From Gammaproteobacteria bacterium (GTDB taxonomy: Bacteria > Pseudomonadota > Gammaproteobacteria > Eutrophobiales > Eutrophobiaceae), in contig CBDCDS010000003.1 of NCBI GenBank assembly GCA_965215365.1, positions 896,001 through 960,000 of the forward strand: a stretch of 64,000 nt of DNA, read 5' to 3'. Positions within the stretch are counted from its first letter, which is position 1. Each line of letters begins with the position of its first letter. A model generated the notes under the pieces. It had not been told where the DNA came from, did not search any database, and saw nothing but the letters and a program-made list of their open reading frames with translations. Shown in pieces: positions 49,121-61,780 of the stretch. Made by a program: the position numbers and the translations under genes.

Positions 49121-49293
49121 GTGAACCTCTGCTTATGTGCCCTCCGTGGCATTTCAAGAGGTTCCTGGTTCGGGAATATTCGTAGTTTATCACGTCGGCG
49201 GGACGGTTCCTCTTGTTCGTCATCATGGACGGAGATGTTATTATTTAAGGCACCCCTGAGAATGTCCTCCATGGCGCATAAGCAGAGGCACCT
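49121..49293. repeat. Two inverted ~45-bp family A mini-elements (49121-49165, 49248-49293) bracketing ~80 bp
   Basis: gaacctctgcttatgtgccctccgtggcatttcaagaggttc and its diverged reverse complement. Confidence 0.7.
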
Positions 49294-49323
49294 TTTACAT
49301 CACAAAACACACGACTGCCGACA

Positions 49324-50028
49324 ATGCAAGCCATGATCCTGGCGGCGGGGCGGGGCGAGCGTATGCGTCCCCTGACCGACAAACTGCCCAAACCAATGCT
49401 GACCGCAGGCGGCAAACCGTTGCTGCAATACCACGTGGAGGCCTTAGCGCAGGCCGGTTTCACCGAACTGGTCATTAACCATGCGCGCTACGGCGCACGC
49501 ATAGAAGCCTGGTTCGGCGACGGCGCCGCTTTCGGTGTGCACCTTCGCTACTCGGCGGAGGGTGACAGCCCGCTGGAAACCGGGGGCGGCATCAAGCGCG
49601 CCCTGCCGTTGCTGGGGAATGACCCGTTCCTGGTCGTCAACGGCGATACCTGGACCGACTTTCCTTTTGCATCACTGCAACCGCCGCCGACCGGCCTCGC
49701 CCATCTGGTATTGGTGCCCAATCCTGCCCATCACCCCGACGGCGATTTTACCTTGGCCGACGGCGAGGTGCGCGCCAACGGACAACCCGCCCACACCTTC
49801 AGCGGCATCGGTATCTACCACCCTGAGCTGTTCCAGGCCGTACCGGAACACACCTTCCCCCTGCCCCCACTGCTACGCCGCGCCATGGACAACCACCAAG
49901 TGACGGGAGAGTTATACCAGGGAGCCTGGTTTGATATCGGCACCCCGGCGCGTTTGGCGGAGATTGAGCGCTATCTGGCGCAACACCAGAGCCTCTCGCC
50001 CACGGAATTACACTCGCCGGGGGCCTGA
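49324..50028 (+). CDS. murU: N-acetylmuramate alpha-1-phosphate uridylyltransferase
   Basis: AMILAAGRGERMRPLT...PKP, LETGGGI..ALP.LG..PF.VVNGD, AHLVLV.NP.H.P.GDF. Confidence 0.88.
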   Translation: MQAMILAAGRGERMRPLTDKLPKPMLTAGGKPLLQYHVEALAQAGFTELVINHARYGARIEAWFGDGAAFGVHLRYSAEGDSPLETGGGIKRALPLLGNDPFLVVNGDTWTDFPFASLQPPPTGLAHLVLVPNPAHHPDGDFTLADGEVRANGQPAHTFSGIGIYHPELFQAVPEHTFPLPPLLRRAMDNHQVTGELYQGAWFDIGTPARLAEIERYLAQHQSLSPTELHSPGA

Positions 50029-50116
50029 ACCCCGTCCCACGCAAACCGAGCGATTAGTTGGGCGGTGACGCAGGCAAGCGCGCCTCAATATGACCCACGC
50101 GGGTTTCCAGAGAGAC

Positions 50117-50271
50117 TAACCCGCAGATCTCACCCAGTCGCTTGTTACCTTGTGCAACATGATGGTTCTCAATAAGTTATGGGAACCTCTAAAAATACCC
50201 TCCGTGGTATTTTGTGATGCGTCCATCCGTGGACGCAACCCTACGGGCAGCTATGGCTGTGCACAAATTCG
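50117..50271. mobile_element. Composite remnant: family B right end + family A left end + family C palindrome
   Basis: taacccgcagatctcacccagtcgc...; gggaacctctaaaaataccctccgtggtatttt; tgcgtccatccgtggacgcaaccctacgggc. Confidence 0.8.
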
Positions 50272-50343
50272 TATCGGACCGTGACTCCCCCGGCCCCGGC
50301 TGCCGCCTGGCCCAAGACCAGGCCCAGGACCAACAAGTGGCGT

Positions 50344-51360
50344 TTATCTGGTCGGGGTAAGGTCCTGCTCGGCAACTGCCGCTGTTGCGATCTGTGCCAG
50401 GCGGTCCTGGGCCAGACTGGCGGCGGTGGTGCCGGGGTGTTGCAGGATGAGGGCTTCGAGTTGTTGTATGGCCGGTTCCACCTGGCCCAGTTCGTGTTGG
50501 CAGAAGGCGGCTTTCAGTTGCGCCTGGGTCTGTTTCGGGCTGTCGGGGTATTGTTGCACCAGCGCGGTGTATTCCGCCAGCGCTTGTTCGAACAAGCTGT
50601 TCACGTAATACGCCTCGGCCAGCCAGAACCGGGCGTTGGCGGCGGGCTCGCTGGCGGGATAGCGCGCCAAAAAGCCGCGTAACGCCAGTACCGCTTCGTT
50701 GTAGCGGGCCTGCTTGAGCAGGTTGAAGGCCTGACGGTATTCCTGCGCGATCAGTTCCGGGTCCTGTTGCCCGAACGCCGACAAGTCAGCGGCGGTGCGG
50801 GCGTCCGCTTGCTCCGGCGTTGGCGACGGGTCCAACCCCGGCTGCGGTGGCACGGCGTCGGGCTGCGCCGGGGCGGCGGCCAGGGGCGCTATGTCTTCAA
50901 GCCCGGCGGCGTCGGGCGCGGGGGGCTGATTAACCAGTTCCAGGGTTAAGGATGTCTCCTCGCCCTGGGCGCTGCCGGCAACGCCAGCGTTACTCAGCGG
51001 TGCCAAGGTCTGCAACGGCGGCGCGTCCGTGCCGGGCGGCGCGACCGGGCTTTCAACGCGCTGCAACCGCCGATCCATATCCACGTACATGTCGCGCTGG
51101 CGTTTTTTCAGTTGCTCCAGCGTGTGGTTGTGCACTTCCAGCGTGCCCTGCAAGCGGCTGAGTTCCAGTTCCAGGCTTTCCAGTTGTTGCAGCATCTGCA
51201 GCAGGCCCTGGTTGGACAGCGCGCCTTCGATGCGCTGCAGGCGTTGCTCCAGGGTCGGCTCAGGCGCGACCGGCTCCTGCGCCGCGGCGCCGCCAACAAC
51301 ACCCTGGGCAGCGATCAGCAGGAACGCTGCCAAACCGTATTGAGGGCTGTGGATCCGCAT
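50344..51360 (-). CDS. cpoB: Cell division coordinator CpoB (YbgF)
   Basis: Coiled coil L.G..E...H.L, TPR with YP.S....NA.FWL.E; follows pal. Confidence 0.9.
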   Translation of the reverse strand: MRIHSPQYGLAAFLLIAAQGVVGGAAAQEPVAPEPTLEQRLQRIEGALSNQGLLQMLQQLESLELELSRLQGTLEVHNHTLEQLKKRQRDMYVDMDRRLQRVESPVAPPGTDAPPLQTLAPLSNAGVAGSAQGEETSLTLELVNQPPAPDAAGLEDIAPLAAAPAQPDAVPPQPGLDPSPTPEQADARTAADLSAFGQQDPELIAQEYRQAFNLLKQARYNEAVLALRGFLARYPASEPAANARFWLAEAYYVNSLFEQALAEYTALVQQYPDSPKQTQAQLKAAFCQHELGQVEPAIQQLEALILQHPGTTAASLAQDRLAQIATAAVAEQDLTPTR

Positions 51361-51371
51361 CTGCTGTCGGC

Positions 51372-51917
51372 TCAGTACCGGTAAACCAGTTCTACCCGCC
51401 TGTTCATCTCCCAGGCGCGCTCGTCATGGCCGGGGTCTGCGGGGCGTTCCTCGCCGTAGCTCACGGTTCTGAGCTGCTCCGACCGCGCGCCCAGCAGCAC
51501 CAGCTGTTGCTTGAGCGCCTGCGCGCGCCGCTCGCCCAGGGCCAGATTGTATTCACGGGAACCGCGCTCGTCCGCATGTCCCTCCAGGGTCACCATCATC
51601 CCCGGGTTAGCCTGCAGGAAGCCGGCATGGGCCTGGATAATCTCGTCAAACCGGGGCTGCACAGCGCTGCTGTCATAATCAAAATAAATAATACGTTCAG
51701 ACAACAGGCTGTCCGGATCGTCCAGTTGCCGCATAATGGCATCCTGCTGCGCGTCGGCGCCAAAGGTCTGTGCTTCAGTGCCGCCGCCGGTTTCGTCTGC
51801 AGGCGCACCGGTGTCAGTGCCATCCACCACCTCCGGGTCCTGTGATTGTTCCGGGGTTGTAGTACAGGCGGCGACAAACACGCCCAACATCAGTGCCAGC
51901 AGTAGTGGTCTAGTCAT
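51372..51917 (-). CDS. pal: Peptidoglycan-associated lipoprotein
   Basis: Lipobox VAAC, IYFDYD, EGHADERGSREYN.ALGERRA, NRRVE. Confidence 0.97.
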   Translation of the reverse strand: MTRPLLLALMLGVFVAACTTTPEQSQDPEVVDGTDTGAPADETGGGTEAQTFGADAQQDAIMRQLDDPDSLLSERIIYFDYDSSAVQPRFDEIIQAHAGFLQANPGMMVTLEGHADERGSREYNLALGERRAQALKQQLVLLGARSEQLRTVSYGEERPADPGHDERAWEMNRRVELVYRY

Positions 51918-52025
51918 AGTTGTTCTCCGGTTGGGTAAGAGCGCTGCGGAAGATCCCATGCAACGCATTTTCCGTAGCTTCTGTGAGATACAGCATAGCA
52001 TTGATTTGCGGTTTGTGAGTCAAAT

Positions 52026-53330
52026 TCAGTCAGCAGGGAAAGGCCCCCAGGCCGGCTCCCGCACCTCGCCGTCCTGCAATGCCAGACGCTGGTGTACCCG
52101 GCCATCGGCCGACACCGCCGCCAGTTCGGAACCGTAGCGACCATTGGTGGCGTAGATGATCATGCTGCCGTTCGGGGAAAAGCTGGGTGATTCATCCAGC
52201 CGGTTACGGGTCAGTACGCTCAGCGCGCCGTTGTCCAGGTCCAGGTAGGCGATGCGGTAAGCGCCGTCCTGTCCATATACCATAGTCATGCCGGTGCCGT
52301 TCGGGGCGTAGCGCGGTCTGGCAAAATAGTTGCCGGCAAACGTCAGCCGGCTCGGGGCGCCGCCTTGCAGGTCAATCTGATACACCTGCGGGGCACCGCC
52401 GCGATCGGAGGTGAAGGCCAGTTTGCTGCCATCCGGCGACCAGGCCGGCTCGGTGTCAATGGCCCGGTTGCGGGTAATGCGCTGCAGCGAATTATCGGAC
52501 AGGTGCAACGCAAAAATTTCCGGATTGCCTTCCTTGGACAGAGTCAAGGCCAGACGCGTACCGTCCGGGGAGAACGCCGGGGCGCTGTTGATGCCCTCAT
52601 GGGCCGCCACCTGGCGCCGCTCGCCGGTACGTACATTCTGCACGAATACCGAGGAGTTGTCGCCCTCGAAAGAAACATAAGCCAAGTATTGCCCGTCCGG
52701 CGACCAGGTCGGCGACAGCAGCGCCTGTTCCGATTCCAGCAGCGTTTGCGGGTTGAAGCCATCGGCGTCGGCAATTTGCAGGCTGAAACGCTGGCCGCCG
52801 CCCGCGCCTTCCCGCACCGTGACGTAAGCGATGCGGGTGTCAAACGCACCGCGCACGCCGGTCAGTTTCTCAAAGACGATATCGCTGATGCGGTGCGCCA
52901 CCCGGCGCAGTTGTGCCGCCGTAGCGCGGATGCGAAACCCGGTGAGCTGGGTCTCCTTGTAGGGATCGAGCAACCTGAACTCGACCTCAAAATCTCCCGC
53001 CGCAGTTTGTTTGAGGCTGCCAATGACGATGTTCTCCATACGCAACATTTGCCAGTCGCGAAAATTGACGCGCTCGAACTGCGCCGGTTGCTGCGGCATC
53101 TCAGGCGCCGCCAGGGCCGCGAAGCGCCCGCTGCGTTCTAGGTTATTGGCTATGGTGATGTGCATATCCAGCGGCGGCCCGGCGGCGGAGCCGTCCCAGC
53201 CGAACGGGACTACGGCGATGGGCAGGGTCTTCTCCACGCCGGTGTCAATGATGATTTCCAGCTCACCCTGCGCCGGCACCGGCAACGGCAGTATTGATAA
53301 CGCGGCGAGCAACAGGCAGCTAACCCGCAT
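52026..53330 (-). CDS. tolB: Tol-Pal beta-propeller protein TolB
   Basis: PIAVVPF, F.TRIAYV, WSPDG repeats, FTSDRGG.PQ. Confidence 0.97.
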   Translation of the reverse strand: MRVSCLLLAALSILPLPVPAQGELEIIIDTGVEKTLPIAVVPFGWDGSAAGPPLDMHITIANNLERSGRFAALAAPEMPQQPAQFERVNFRDWQMLRMENIVIGSLKQTAAGDFEVEFRLLDPYKETQLTGFRIRATAAQLRRVAHRISDIVFEKLTGVRGAFDTRIAYVTVREGAGGGQRFSLQIADADGFNPQTLLESEQALLSPTWSPDGQYLAYVSFEGDNSSVFVQNVRTGERRQVAAHEGINSAPAFSPDGTRLALTLSKEGNPEIFALHLSDNSLQRITRNRAIDTEPAWSPDGSKLAFTSDRGGAPQVYQIDLQGGAPSRLTFAGNYFARPRYAPNGTGMTMVYGQDGAYRIAYLDLDNGALSVLTRNRLDESPSFSPNGSMIIYATNGRYGSELAAVSADGRVHQRLALQDGEVREPAWGPFPAD

Positions 53331-53449
53331 ATCTCACCCAGTCGCTTGTTGCCTTATGAAACATAATGGCTCTCAATAAGTGATGGTAATACTGCTGCTC
53401 TTTCCACCTAACCCACTGCGCTTGATGCGCCCTCGCGGGTCTTGGTTCT
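53321..53449. mobile_element. MITE family B right half (inverted), overlapping tolB start
   Basis: Reverse complement of ~7686-7814. Confidence 0.88.
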
Positions 53450-53478
53450 TAAAGTATTTGATGACGTTCACGTGCGCG

Positions 53479-54366
53479 CTAATCTCTGGGAGCAAATTTG
53501 AAGTTGAATTTTCTCAGGCCGAGCCGGTCGAACAGCGCCGGGTCTGCAGGCAGCGGTAGCGGCGAGGCCTTCTCCACTGCGGTCACGGCGCGCCGGTCAA
53601 ACACCTCGTTGCCGCTGGACTTGTTGATGGTGACACTGATCACTTCGCCGCCAGGTATGGTTTGTACGGATAATACGCCTTCCAGTCCTTTAGGCAAGCC
53701 GGTTTTGTTAAAGTTCCGGGAGACGACCAGATAAATCTGCTCAACAATATTTCGCAGGGTCTTCCGGTCCTGCGCGCGCTGGGCCTCGGCCTGACGTTCG
53801 AGTTCGGCGGCCGCTGCCGCTTTTTTGCGTTGTTCTTCCGCTAAGCGTCGCCGTTCCGCCTCAGCCTTGCGTTGTTCCTGTTCGATGCGTCGGCGTTCGG
53901 CTTCGGCCGCGCGCTTTTTCTCCTCGATGCGTTTCAGTTCGGCTTCGGCCTGACGCTTTTCCGCCTCGATGCGTTTGCGCTCGGCGGCTTGTTTGCGTTC
54001 TGCCTCCTTGCGCTTTTGCTCCGCTTCGGCTTGACGCTGCTCTGCCTCCCGGCGCTGGCGCTCGGCGGCCTGTTTCTTTTGCTCCGCTTCGCGCTGCCGG
54101 GTCTCCTCGGCCTGGGCCAGCGCTTCGAGGTCTTTCAATTTTTGCTCCATGGCGCGTTGCTTTTCCTGTTCCAGCTCCTGCAGGCGTTGCAATTCCTGTT
54201 CGACCGCCTGGTCATCAACGGTCACCGCCTCGACGATGTTCTCCTGGGGCCTGGGCTTGAACACGGGTGTGCGCGCGGTGTCGTCCAGGGTCACCACCAG
54301 CGCGGCAATGACCGCGCCATGCAGAAGCAGGGAATAACACAAGGCGCGCAGGGTGAGCAACTTCAT
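53479..54366 (-). CDS. tolA: TolA
   Basis: SLLLH TM motif, long E/A/K/R helical region, C-terminal SSGN..FD..A..AV. Confidence 0.92.
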   Translation of the reverse strand: MKLLTLRALCYSLLLHGAVIAALVVTLDDTARTPVFKPRPQENIVEAVTVDDQAVEQELQRLQELEQEKQRAMEQKLKDLEALAQAEETRQREAEQKKQAAERQRREAEQRQAEAEQKRKEAERKQAAERKRIEAEKRQAEAELKRIEEKKRAAEAERRRIEQEQRKAEAERRRLAEEQRKKAAAAAELERQAEAQRAQDRKTLRNIVEQIYLVVSRNFNKTGLPKGLEGVLSVQTIPGGEVISVTINKSSGNEVFDRRAVTAVEKASPLPLPADPALFDRLGLRKFNFKFAPRD

Positions 54367-54812
54367 GGCGCGTTATTGCCGGGGCGGTTCGATGGCTCGG
54401 GGGGCTCGGTGATCAGGCCGATGCCCTGCGCGCCGGCGCCTTGCAGCAAGGCCATAGCCTGCACCACCCGCCCGTAATTGACCGACGTGTCGCCTTTTAC
54501 CAGCACCGGGAGTTTGGGGCGGTGCCTGACCAGCGCGCTGACCCGGTTCACCAGCACCTCGGGTGCGACCGGCTGCTCCTGGTTCTCACCGTAATTGATA
54601 AAAAAGTTGCCGGCGGCGTCCACGCTGACGATGACCGGGTCGCTGTCACTCGCCGGCAGCGGTTCCGATGGCACTTGCGGCAAGTCGATTTTGACCCCCT
54701 GGCTGAGCAGCGGCGCGGTAATCATGAAGATGATCAACAACACCAGCATCACGTCGATATAGGGCACGACGTTTATTTCCGACACCGGCCGTTTACGCAG
54801 TCTGGCGCGCAT
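54363..54812 (-). CDS. tolR: TolR
   Basis: SEINVVPYIDVMLVLLIIFMITAP. Confidence 0.96.
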   Translation of the reverse strand: MRARLRKRPVSEINVVPYIDVMLVLLIIFMITAPLLSQGVKIDLPQVPSEPLPASDSDPVIVSVDAAGNFFINYGENQEQPVAPEVLVNRVSALVRHRPKLPVLVKGDTSVNYGRVVQAMALLQGAGAQGIGLITEPPEPSNRPGNNAP

Positions 54813-54843
54813 GGTTCACCCGCTTGCTTGCATCACGACACAC

Positions 54844-55524
54844 TCAGCGGTGCGCCTGACGGTGCAGGATGGCGGCGAACTCTTCCATGAATGTGTCGTA
54901 GCGGTTGCTCAGGTGTTCCACATCGTTGGCAAACCGGTTGTAGGCAATCACCGCGGGGATCGCGGCAAACAAGCCCATGGCGGTGGCAATCAGGGCTTCG
55001 GCAATGCCCGGCGCCACCATGGCAATCGAGGCCTGCTGCACATTGCCCAACGCGCGGAAGCTGTTCATGATGCCCCACACCGTTCCGAACAGACCGATGT
55101 AGGGGCTGGTGGAGCCGACCGTGGCCAGAAATGACAGGTGTGCCTCCAGTGCTTCCACTTCCCGGTTAAGTGCCACCCGCATCGCCCGCATGGAGCCCTC
55201 CATGAGCGCATCCGCGCTCATCCCGCCCTGTTTTTGCAGGCGCACAAACTCCCTGAAGCCGGCCTCAAACAGCAACTCCATGCCTTCTGCCTGATAGTCC
55301 TCAGCGCTGACGCGCCGGTACAGCGGTGTCAGCTCTTCCAGCGACCAGAACTCATCCTCGAACGCCGCCGCCGCGCGCCCCGCCTGTGTCAGCGTCAGGC
55401 GCTTCTTGAAGATCATAGTCCAGGAAATGACGGATGCCAGCGCCAGCATGAGCATCACCGCCTGCACCGGAATGCTGGCGTTGAGAATCAGGTGTACAAA
55501 AGACATGTCAGGGGTCATGGGCAA
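54844..55524 (-). CDS. tolQ: TolQ
   Basis: LATVGSTSPYIGLFGTVWGIM, APGIAEALIATA.GLFAAIPA. Confidence 0.97.
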   Translation of the reverse strand: MPMTPDMSFVHLILNASIPVQAVMLMLALASVISWTMIFKKRLTLTQAGRAAAAFEDEFWSLEELTPLYRRVSAEDYQAEGMELLFEAGFREFVRLQKQGGMSADALMEGSMRAMRVALNREVEALEAHLSFLATVGSTSPYIGLFGTVWGIMNSFRALGNVQQASIAMVAPGIAEALIATAMGLFAAIPAVIAYNRFANDVEHLSNRYDTFMEEFAAILHRQAHR

Positions 55525-55548
55525 GTTCCACCGGTAAAATGGGCAAGG

Positions 55549-56619
55549 TTAGCCGTCTGCGCTGATTTGATCAAACAGATCATGCTCCACTGCCACACCC
55601 TTGGGCGCCGGCAGTCCGAAATGTGCCCAGGCATGTCGGGTCGCCATCCGCCCGCGCGCAGTGCGGGTGAGGTAGCCCTGTTGTATCAGGTAGGGTTCGA
55701 TGACGTCCTCTATGGTGTCCTTGACCTCTCCGAGCGCCGCGGCAATGCTGTCGATACCCACCGGCCCGCCGTCAAATTTCTCGATGATGGTGAGCAGCAG
55801 CTTGCGGTCCATCATATCAAAGCCGGTGTCGTCCACATTCAGCAAGTCCAGGGCGCGTGCGGCGATGACGGCGCTGATGCTGCCGTCTTCCTTGACTTCG
55901 CTGTAATCGCGCACCCGCCGCAGCAGGCGGTTGGCAATACGCGGGGTGCCGCGCGCGCGGCTGGCAATCGCCTCGGCGCCGGCCGGCGCGATGGGCACCT
56001 CCAGGATGCCGGCGGACCGCACCACGATGTCGGTCAGGTCGGCGGTCGAATAAAACTCCAGGCGCTGGATGATGCCGAAACGGTCGCGCAGCGGCGAGGT
56101 CAGCAAGCCGGCCCGGGTAGTGGCGCCAACCAGGGTAAAGCGGGGCACATCCAGCTTGATGGCGCGCGCAGCCGGCCCCTCCCCGATCATGATATCTATC
56201 TGGTAATCCTCCATGGCCGGATACAGGATCTCCTCCACCACCGGGCTGAGGCGGTGGATCTCGTCGATGAACAATACATCCCGGGGTTCCAGGTTGGTAA
56301 GCAACGCCGCTAAGTCTCCGGGGCGTTCCAGCACCGGCCCTGAGGTCTGGCGCAGGTTCACGCCCAGTTCATTGGCGATAATATGCGCCAAGGTGGTCTT
56401 GCCCAGGCCGGGCGGGCCGAAAATCAGCACATGGTCCATGGCCTCGGCGCGCTTCCTGGCGGCGCCGATAAAAATTTCCATTTGTTCGCACACGGCCGGC
56501 TGGCCGCGGTAGTCACTCAGCCGGCCCGGCCGTAGCGTAGTCTCCGCGACGTGGTCCTCGGCGCCGCCGCGCACGGACAGGACCGGGTTGCGCTCGTTCA
56601 TGGCCGCCTCCACACTCAT
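55549..56619 (-). CDS. ruvB: Holliday junction helicase RuvB
   Basis: [37 protein letters not shown]. Confidence 0.98.
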   Translation of the reverse strand: MSVEAAMNERNPVLSVRGGAEDHVAETTLRPGRLSDYRGQPAVCEQMEIFIGAARKRAEAMDHVLIFGPPGLGKTTLAHIIANELGVNLRQTSGPVLERPGDLAALLTNLEPRDVLFIDEIHRLSPVVEEILYPAMEDYQIDIMIGEGPAARAIKLDVPRFTLVGATTRAGLLTSPLRDRFGIIQRLEFYSTADLTDIVVRSAGILEVPIAPAGAEAIASRARGTPRIANRLLRRVRDYSEVKEDGSISAVIAARALDLLNVDDTGFDMMDRKLLLTIIEKFDGGPVGIDSIAAALGEVKDTIEDVIEPYLIQQGYLTRTARGRMATRHAWAHFGLPAPKGVAVEHDLFDQISADG

Positions 56620-56629
56620 CTCAGCGACC

Positions 56630-57226
56630 TCAGGTCAGCGCCGCCTTCAACGCGGCGCGGATCAGGGCTTCACTGTCCATGCCGTCGGTGGCGACCGCAT
56701 GCACCAGGCGGGACGCCTCCTGCGGCCGGTAGCCCAGGGTGATCATGGCGTGCACGGCTTCACTGAGCGGGTCTGCCGGGCGCGCCTGGGGCTGTCGGTC
56801 CTCGGCGACGGCGCCAGTTAATCCCTCATCTAGGCGATCGCGCATTTCTATGATAAGGCGTTGCGCGGTTTTTTTACCGACTCCCGGCAGGCGCATGAGG
56901 CGCGCGGCATCGCCTGTTTCGATACATTGCCCGAATTCCGGCGCGCTGATACCGGACAGTATTGCCAATGCCATCCTGGCGCCGACGCCGTTGACTCGCA
57001 GCAGGGCGCGAAACAATCCGCGCTCTTCGGCTGCGGCGAAGCCATACAGCACCTGGGCATCTTCCCGCACCGACAAATGGGTCAGCAGCTGCACTTCCTC
57101 GCCCACTTCCGGCAGCTGGTAAAACGTGTTCATGGAGGCTTCCAGCTCGTACCCGACCCCGTGCACCTCCAGCACCAGCCCCGGCGGCTGTTTATACGTT
57201 ATCCTGCCGCGCAGAGAGCCGATCAT
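56630..57226 (-). CDS. ruvA: Holliday junction protein RuvA
   Basis: [29 protein letters not shown]. Confidence 0.97.
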   Translation of the reverse strand: MIGSLRGRITYKQPPGLVLEVHGVGYELEASMNTFYQLPEVGEEVQLLTHLSVREDAQVLYGFAAAEERGLFRALLRVNGVGARMALAILSGISAPEFGQCIETGDAARLMRLPGVGKKTAQRLIIEMRDRLDEGLTGAVAEDRQPQARPADPLSEAVHAMITLGYRPQEASRLVHAVATDGMDSEALIRAALKAALT

Positions 57227-57744
57227 TACGCCCTTGCCGCATGCGGCTGTAATTCCCTCAGCCGTAGCAGGTTTTCCCGGGAATGCCCGTGGCACAGGGC
57301 AACGGCCAGCGCGTCGGCGGCATCTGTCTCGGGCACCTGGTCCAGACACAACAATACCTTGACCATATATTGCACCTGGGTTTTGTCGGCATGGCCCTTG
57401 CCGGTGGTGGCCTGTTTGATCTGGTTGGCCGTGTATTCAAACACCGGCCGCTCATGTTCGGCGCAGGCGGTAATGGCGGCGCCCCGGGATTGCCCCAGTT
57501 TTAACGCGGAATCGGCATTGCGGTACATGAAGACTTTCTCCACGGCGCATTCGTCAGGCCGGAACTCACCGAGCAGCGCGCTGAGCTCGCGAAAAATCCG
57601 GCGCAGCTTGTCGGACAACTCCCCACCCGGAATTGTTATGCGTCCATGAATAACCGGCACGGCCCGGTTGCCGACCATGTCGATAATGCCGTAACCCGTT
57701 TGCCGGGAGCCGGGGTCGATGCCGAGAATCCTGATGTTACCCAC
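57226..57744 (-). CDS. ruvC: Crossover junction endodeoxyribonuclease RuvC
   Basis: ILGIDPGS, SALKLGQ.RG, DAADALAVA.CH. Confidence 0.97.
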   Translation of the reverse strand: MGNIRILGIDPGSRQTGYGIIDMVGNRAVPVIHGRITIPGGELSDKLRRIFRELSALLGEFRPDECAVEKVFMYRNADSALKLGQSRGAAITACAEHERPVFEYTANQIKQATTGKGHADKTQVQYMVKVLLCLDQVPETDAADALAVALCHGHSRENLLRLRELQPHAARA

Positions 57745-57752
57745 TTTCCTTA

Positions 57753-58499
57753 TCAGTCAAGTTGCGCCAGGATGTCATCGGCAATCTCTGCGTTGGAATA
57801 CACTTTTTGCACGTCATTGAGGTCTTCCAGTGTGTCCAGCAGGCGCATCATAGTCTGTGCCTCGTGCAGGTCCAGCGCCGGCCCGGTCGCCGCGCGCATG
57901 GTGACCTCTGCCGTCTCCGGCGGGTAACCGGCGGCGGCTAGGTGGTCCTTGACGTCCAGGAACTGTTCCGGCGTGGTTAACACATCTTGGGAACCGTCGT
58001 CATTGGCGGCGACATCCTCGGCGCCGGCCTCCAGCGCCGCTTCCAGCAACGCCTCCTCATCGACCGCGGCCGGGTAGGACAGCAACCCCACCTTGGTAAA
58101 CAGGTAGGCGACCGAGCCGTCGGTGCCCAGGTTGCCGCCGCACTTGGAAAAGGTATGGCGCACTTCGGCTACGGTGCGGTTGCGGTTGTCGGTCATGCAA
58201 TCGACCATCACCGCCACGCCGCCCGGGCCATAACCTTCATAACGCACCTCTTCTAGGCTCTCACCCTCGGCACCGCCGCCGCCTCGTTTTATGGCCCGCT
58301 CGATGGTGTCCTTGGGCATGTTGCCCGCCAGCGCGTTGTCAACAGCCGCGCGCAGGCGCGGGTTACCGTCCGGGTCAGGGCCGCCAAGCCGGGCGGAAAC
58401 CGTAATCTCCCGGATTAACTTGCTGAATAACTTGCCCCGCTTGGCGTCTTGCCGACCCTTGCGATGCTGAATATTCGCCCATTTACTGTGTCCTGCCAT
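57753..58499 (-). CDS. yebC: YebC/PmpR family protein
   Basis: [28 protein letters not shown]. Confidence 0.97.
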   Translation of the reverse strand: MAGHSKWANIQHRKGRQDAKRGKLFSKLIREITVSARLGGPDPDGNPRLRAAVDNALAGNMPKDTIERAIKRGGGGAEGESLEEVRYEGYGPGGVAVMVDCMTDNRNRTVAEVRHTFSKCGGNLGTDGSVAYLFTKVGLLSYPAAVDEEALLEAALEAGAEDVAANDDGSQDVLTTPEQFLDVKDHLAAAGYPPETAEVTMRAATGPALDLHEAQTMMRLLDTLEDLNDVQKVYSNAEIADDILAQLD

Positions 58500-58589
58500 A
58501 CGTTATCAATTCCAGCTTCTCATTGGGACAATTCTATCACTTACAACCATCAAAAATAAAAAAATTGACAAAAAATCTGATGGTTTGTC

Positions 58590-60372
<1,783 letters not shown>

Positions 60373-60402
60373 TTGATGCTCCTCATGGTTCCTCTGCCGA
60401 TT

Positions 60403-60431
60403 AAACTACTCCGATCCAGAATCGGAGTCAA
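60403..60431 (-). promoter_or_regulatory. Putative sigma70 promoter for RsrI-like operon with palindromic spacer
   Basis: Minus strand TTGACT, 17 nt, TAGTTT; actccgat-ccaga-atcggagt inverted repeat at 60408-60428. Confidence 0.55.
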
Positions 60432-60497
60432 GACGGGTCGGGCAAGGAGATTATAAGTCTGATCAATCGCCTGCTCAGCTTCCCTTAGCTTGAGGAT

Positions 60498-61571
60498 TCA
60501 AGCATCATTATTACCACATACCGGCTGGCCGCGTTGGGCGGTGAACTCCAGCAGGCGTTGGATGGGTTTGCGGGCGCGGGAGATGATGGCTTTATCGACC
60601 CTGATCTCATTGGCGCCGGCGTGCAGCGTTTGGCGTAGTTGGGTCAGACTGTTCATGGCCATCCATGGGCAGTGGCCGCAGCTTTTGCAGGTGGCGCCGC
60701 GGCCGGCGGTGGGCGCCTCGATGAAGGTCTTGTGCGGCGCCGCCTGTTGCATCTTGTAGAAGATGCCGCGGTCGGTGGCCACGATAAAGGTCTCCACGTC
60801 CAGTTCCGTTGCGGCCTTGATGATGCCGGTGGTGGAGCTGACTACATCGGCCTCGGCAATGACCGGCGCCGGGGACTCCGGGTGCACCAGCACCTTAGCG
60901 CCCGGGTGTTGGCGCTTTAAGGCGGCCAGTTCCCGGCCCTTGAACTCTTCGTGCACCACGCAACTGCCCTGCCATAACAGCATATCGGCCCCGGACTGCG
61001 CCTGTACGTACTCACCCAGATACTTGTCCGGCGCCCAGATGATTTTTTTGCCCTGCTGCGCCAGATGACTGACTACATCCACGGCACTGCCGGAGGTCAC
61101 CATCCAGTCGGCGCGCGCCTTAACCGCGGCGCTGGTGTTGGCATAGACTACCACGGTACGTTCCGGGTGATCGTTACAGAAAGCCTCGAACTCGGCGGCC
61201 GGACAACCTATATCCAAGGAGCAATCCGCGCCCAGGTCCGGCATCAGCACCCGTTTTTCCGGGTTCAGGATCTTGGCGGTTTCCCCCATGAAGCGCACCC
61301 CGCACACAACCAGGGTTGAGGCTTCGGATTCGTGGCCGAAGCGCGCCATATCCAGCGAGTCGGAGACGTAACCGCCGGTGGCGTCGGCGATTAACTGCAA
61401 ATCCGCATCGGTGTAGTAGTGCGCAACCAGGGTTGCATCCTGCTCTCGCAACAGGTGTTTGATCTCACCGATGAACTGTTCCCGCCGCTCCGGGTCGAGC
61501 TGCTCAACCACCGTCTCAGGCACGCGCTGCGGCGGCAAGCGAAAATCCGGGAATGTAATGGCGTTGTGCAT
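60498..61571 (-). CDS. nadA: Quinolinate synthase
   Basis: [48 protein letters not shown]. Confidence 0.98.
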   Translation of the reverse strand: MHNAITFPDFRLPPQRVPETVVEQLDPERREQFIGEIKHLLREQDATLVAHYYTDADLQLIADATGGYVSDSLDMARFGHESEASTLVVCGVRFMGETAKILNPEKRVLMPDLGADCSLDIGCPAAEFEAFCNDHPERTVVVYANTSAAVKARADWMVTSGSAVDVVSHLAQQGKKIIWAPDKYLGEYVQAQSGADMLLWQGSCVVHEEFKGRELAALKRQHPGAKVLVHPESPAPVIAEADVVSSTTGIIKAATELDVETFIVATDRGIFYKMQQAAPHKTFIEAPTAGRGATCKSCGHCPWMAMNSLTQLRQTLHAGANEIRVDKAIISRARKPIQRLLEFTAQRGQPVCGNNDA

Positions 61572-61740
61572 GGCTTGAGAACCTGTGCCGGCAGCTGCTT
61601 CGCCGGAAGGTGAATGAATATCGCCAGCATCCTAGCCCATCCGGGCGCGGATTTCAAAATCATTGGGAGTCGCTATCGCATAAGGTAGAATGCGCGTGGG
61701 CCTTGTTTGTTACACCCATTGATGCTGGTTAATTGCATAA

Positions 61741-61780
61741 GGTCACCTCTCACAAACACGAGGTGCCCGTGCAGCACAGG
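61741..61780. repeat. Family A right-end remnant (inverted)
   Basis: ggtcacctctcacaaacacgaggtgcccgtgcagcacagg. Confidence 0.7.

Noticed and set aside
50272-50343. Signal-peptide-like remnant downstream of cpoB (KRHLLVLGLVLGQAAAG)
   Set aside because: No start codon and too short to assign
53800-54200. Repetitive sequence in tolA
   Set aside because: Normal TolA helical domain II
55138-56313. Long antisense ORFs (e.g. 55138-56313, 3877-4878, 52365-53141)
   Set aside because: Shadow ORFs opposite well-conserved GC-rich genes, with no recognisable motifs
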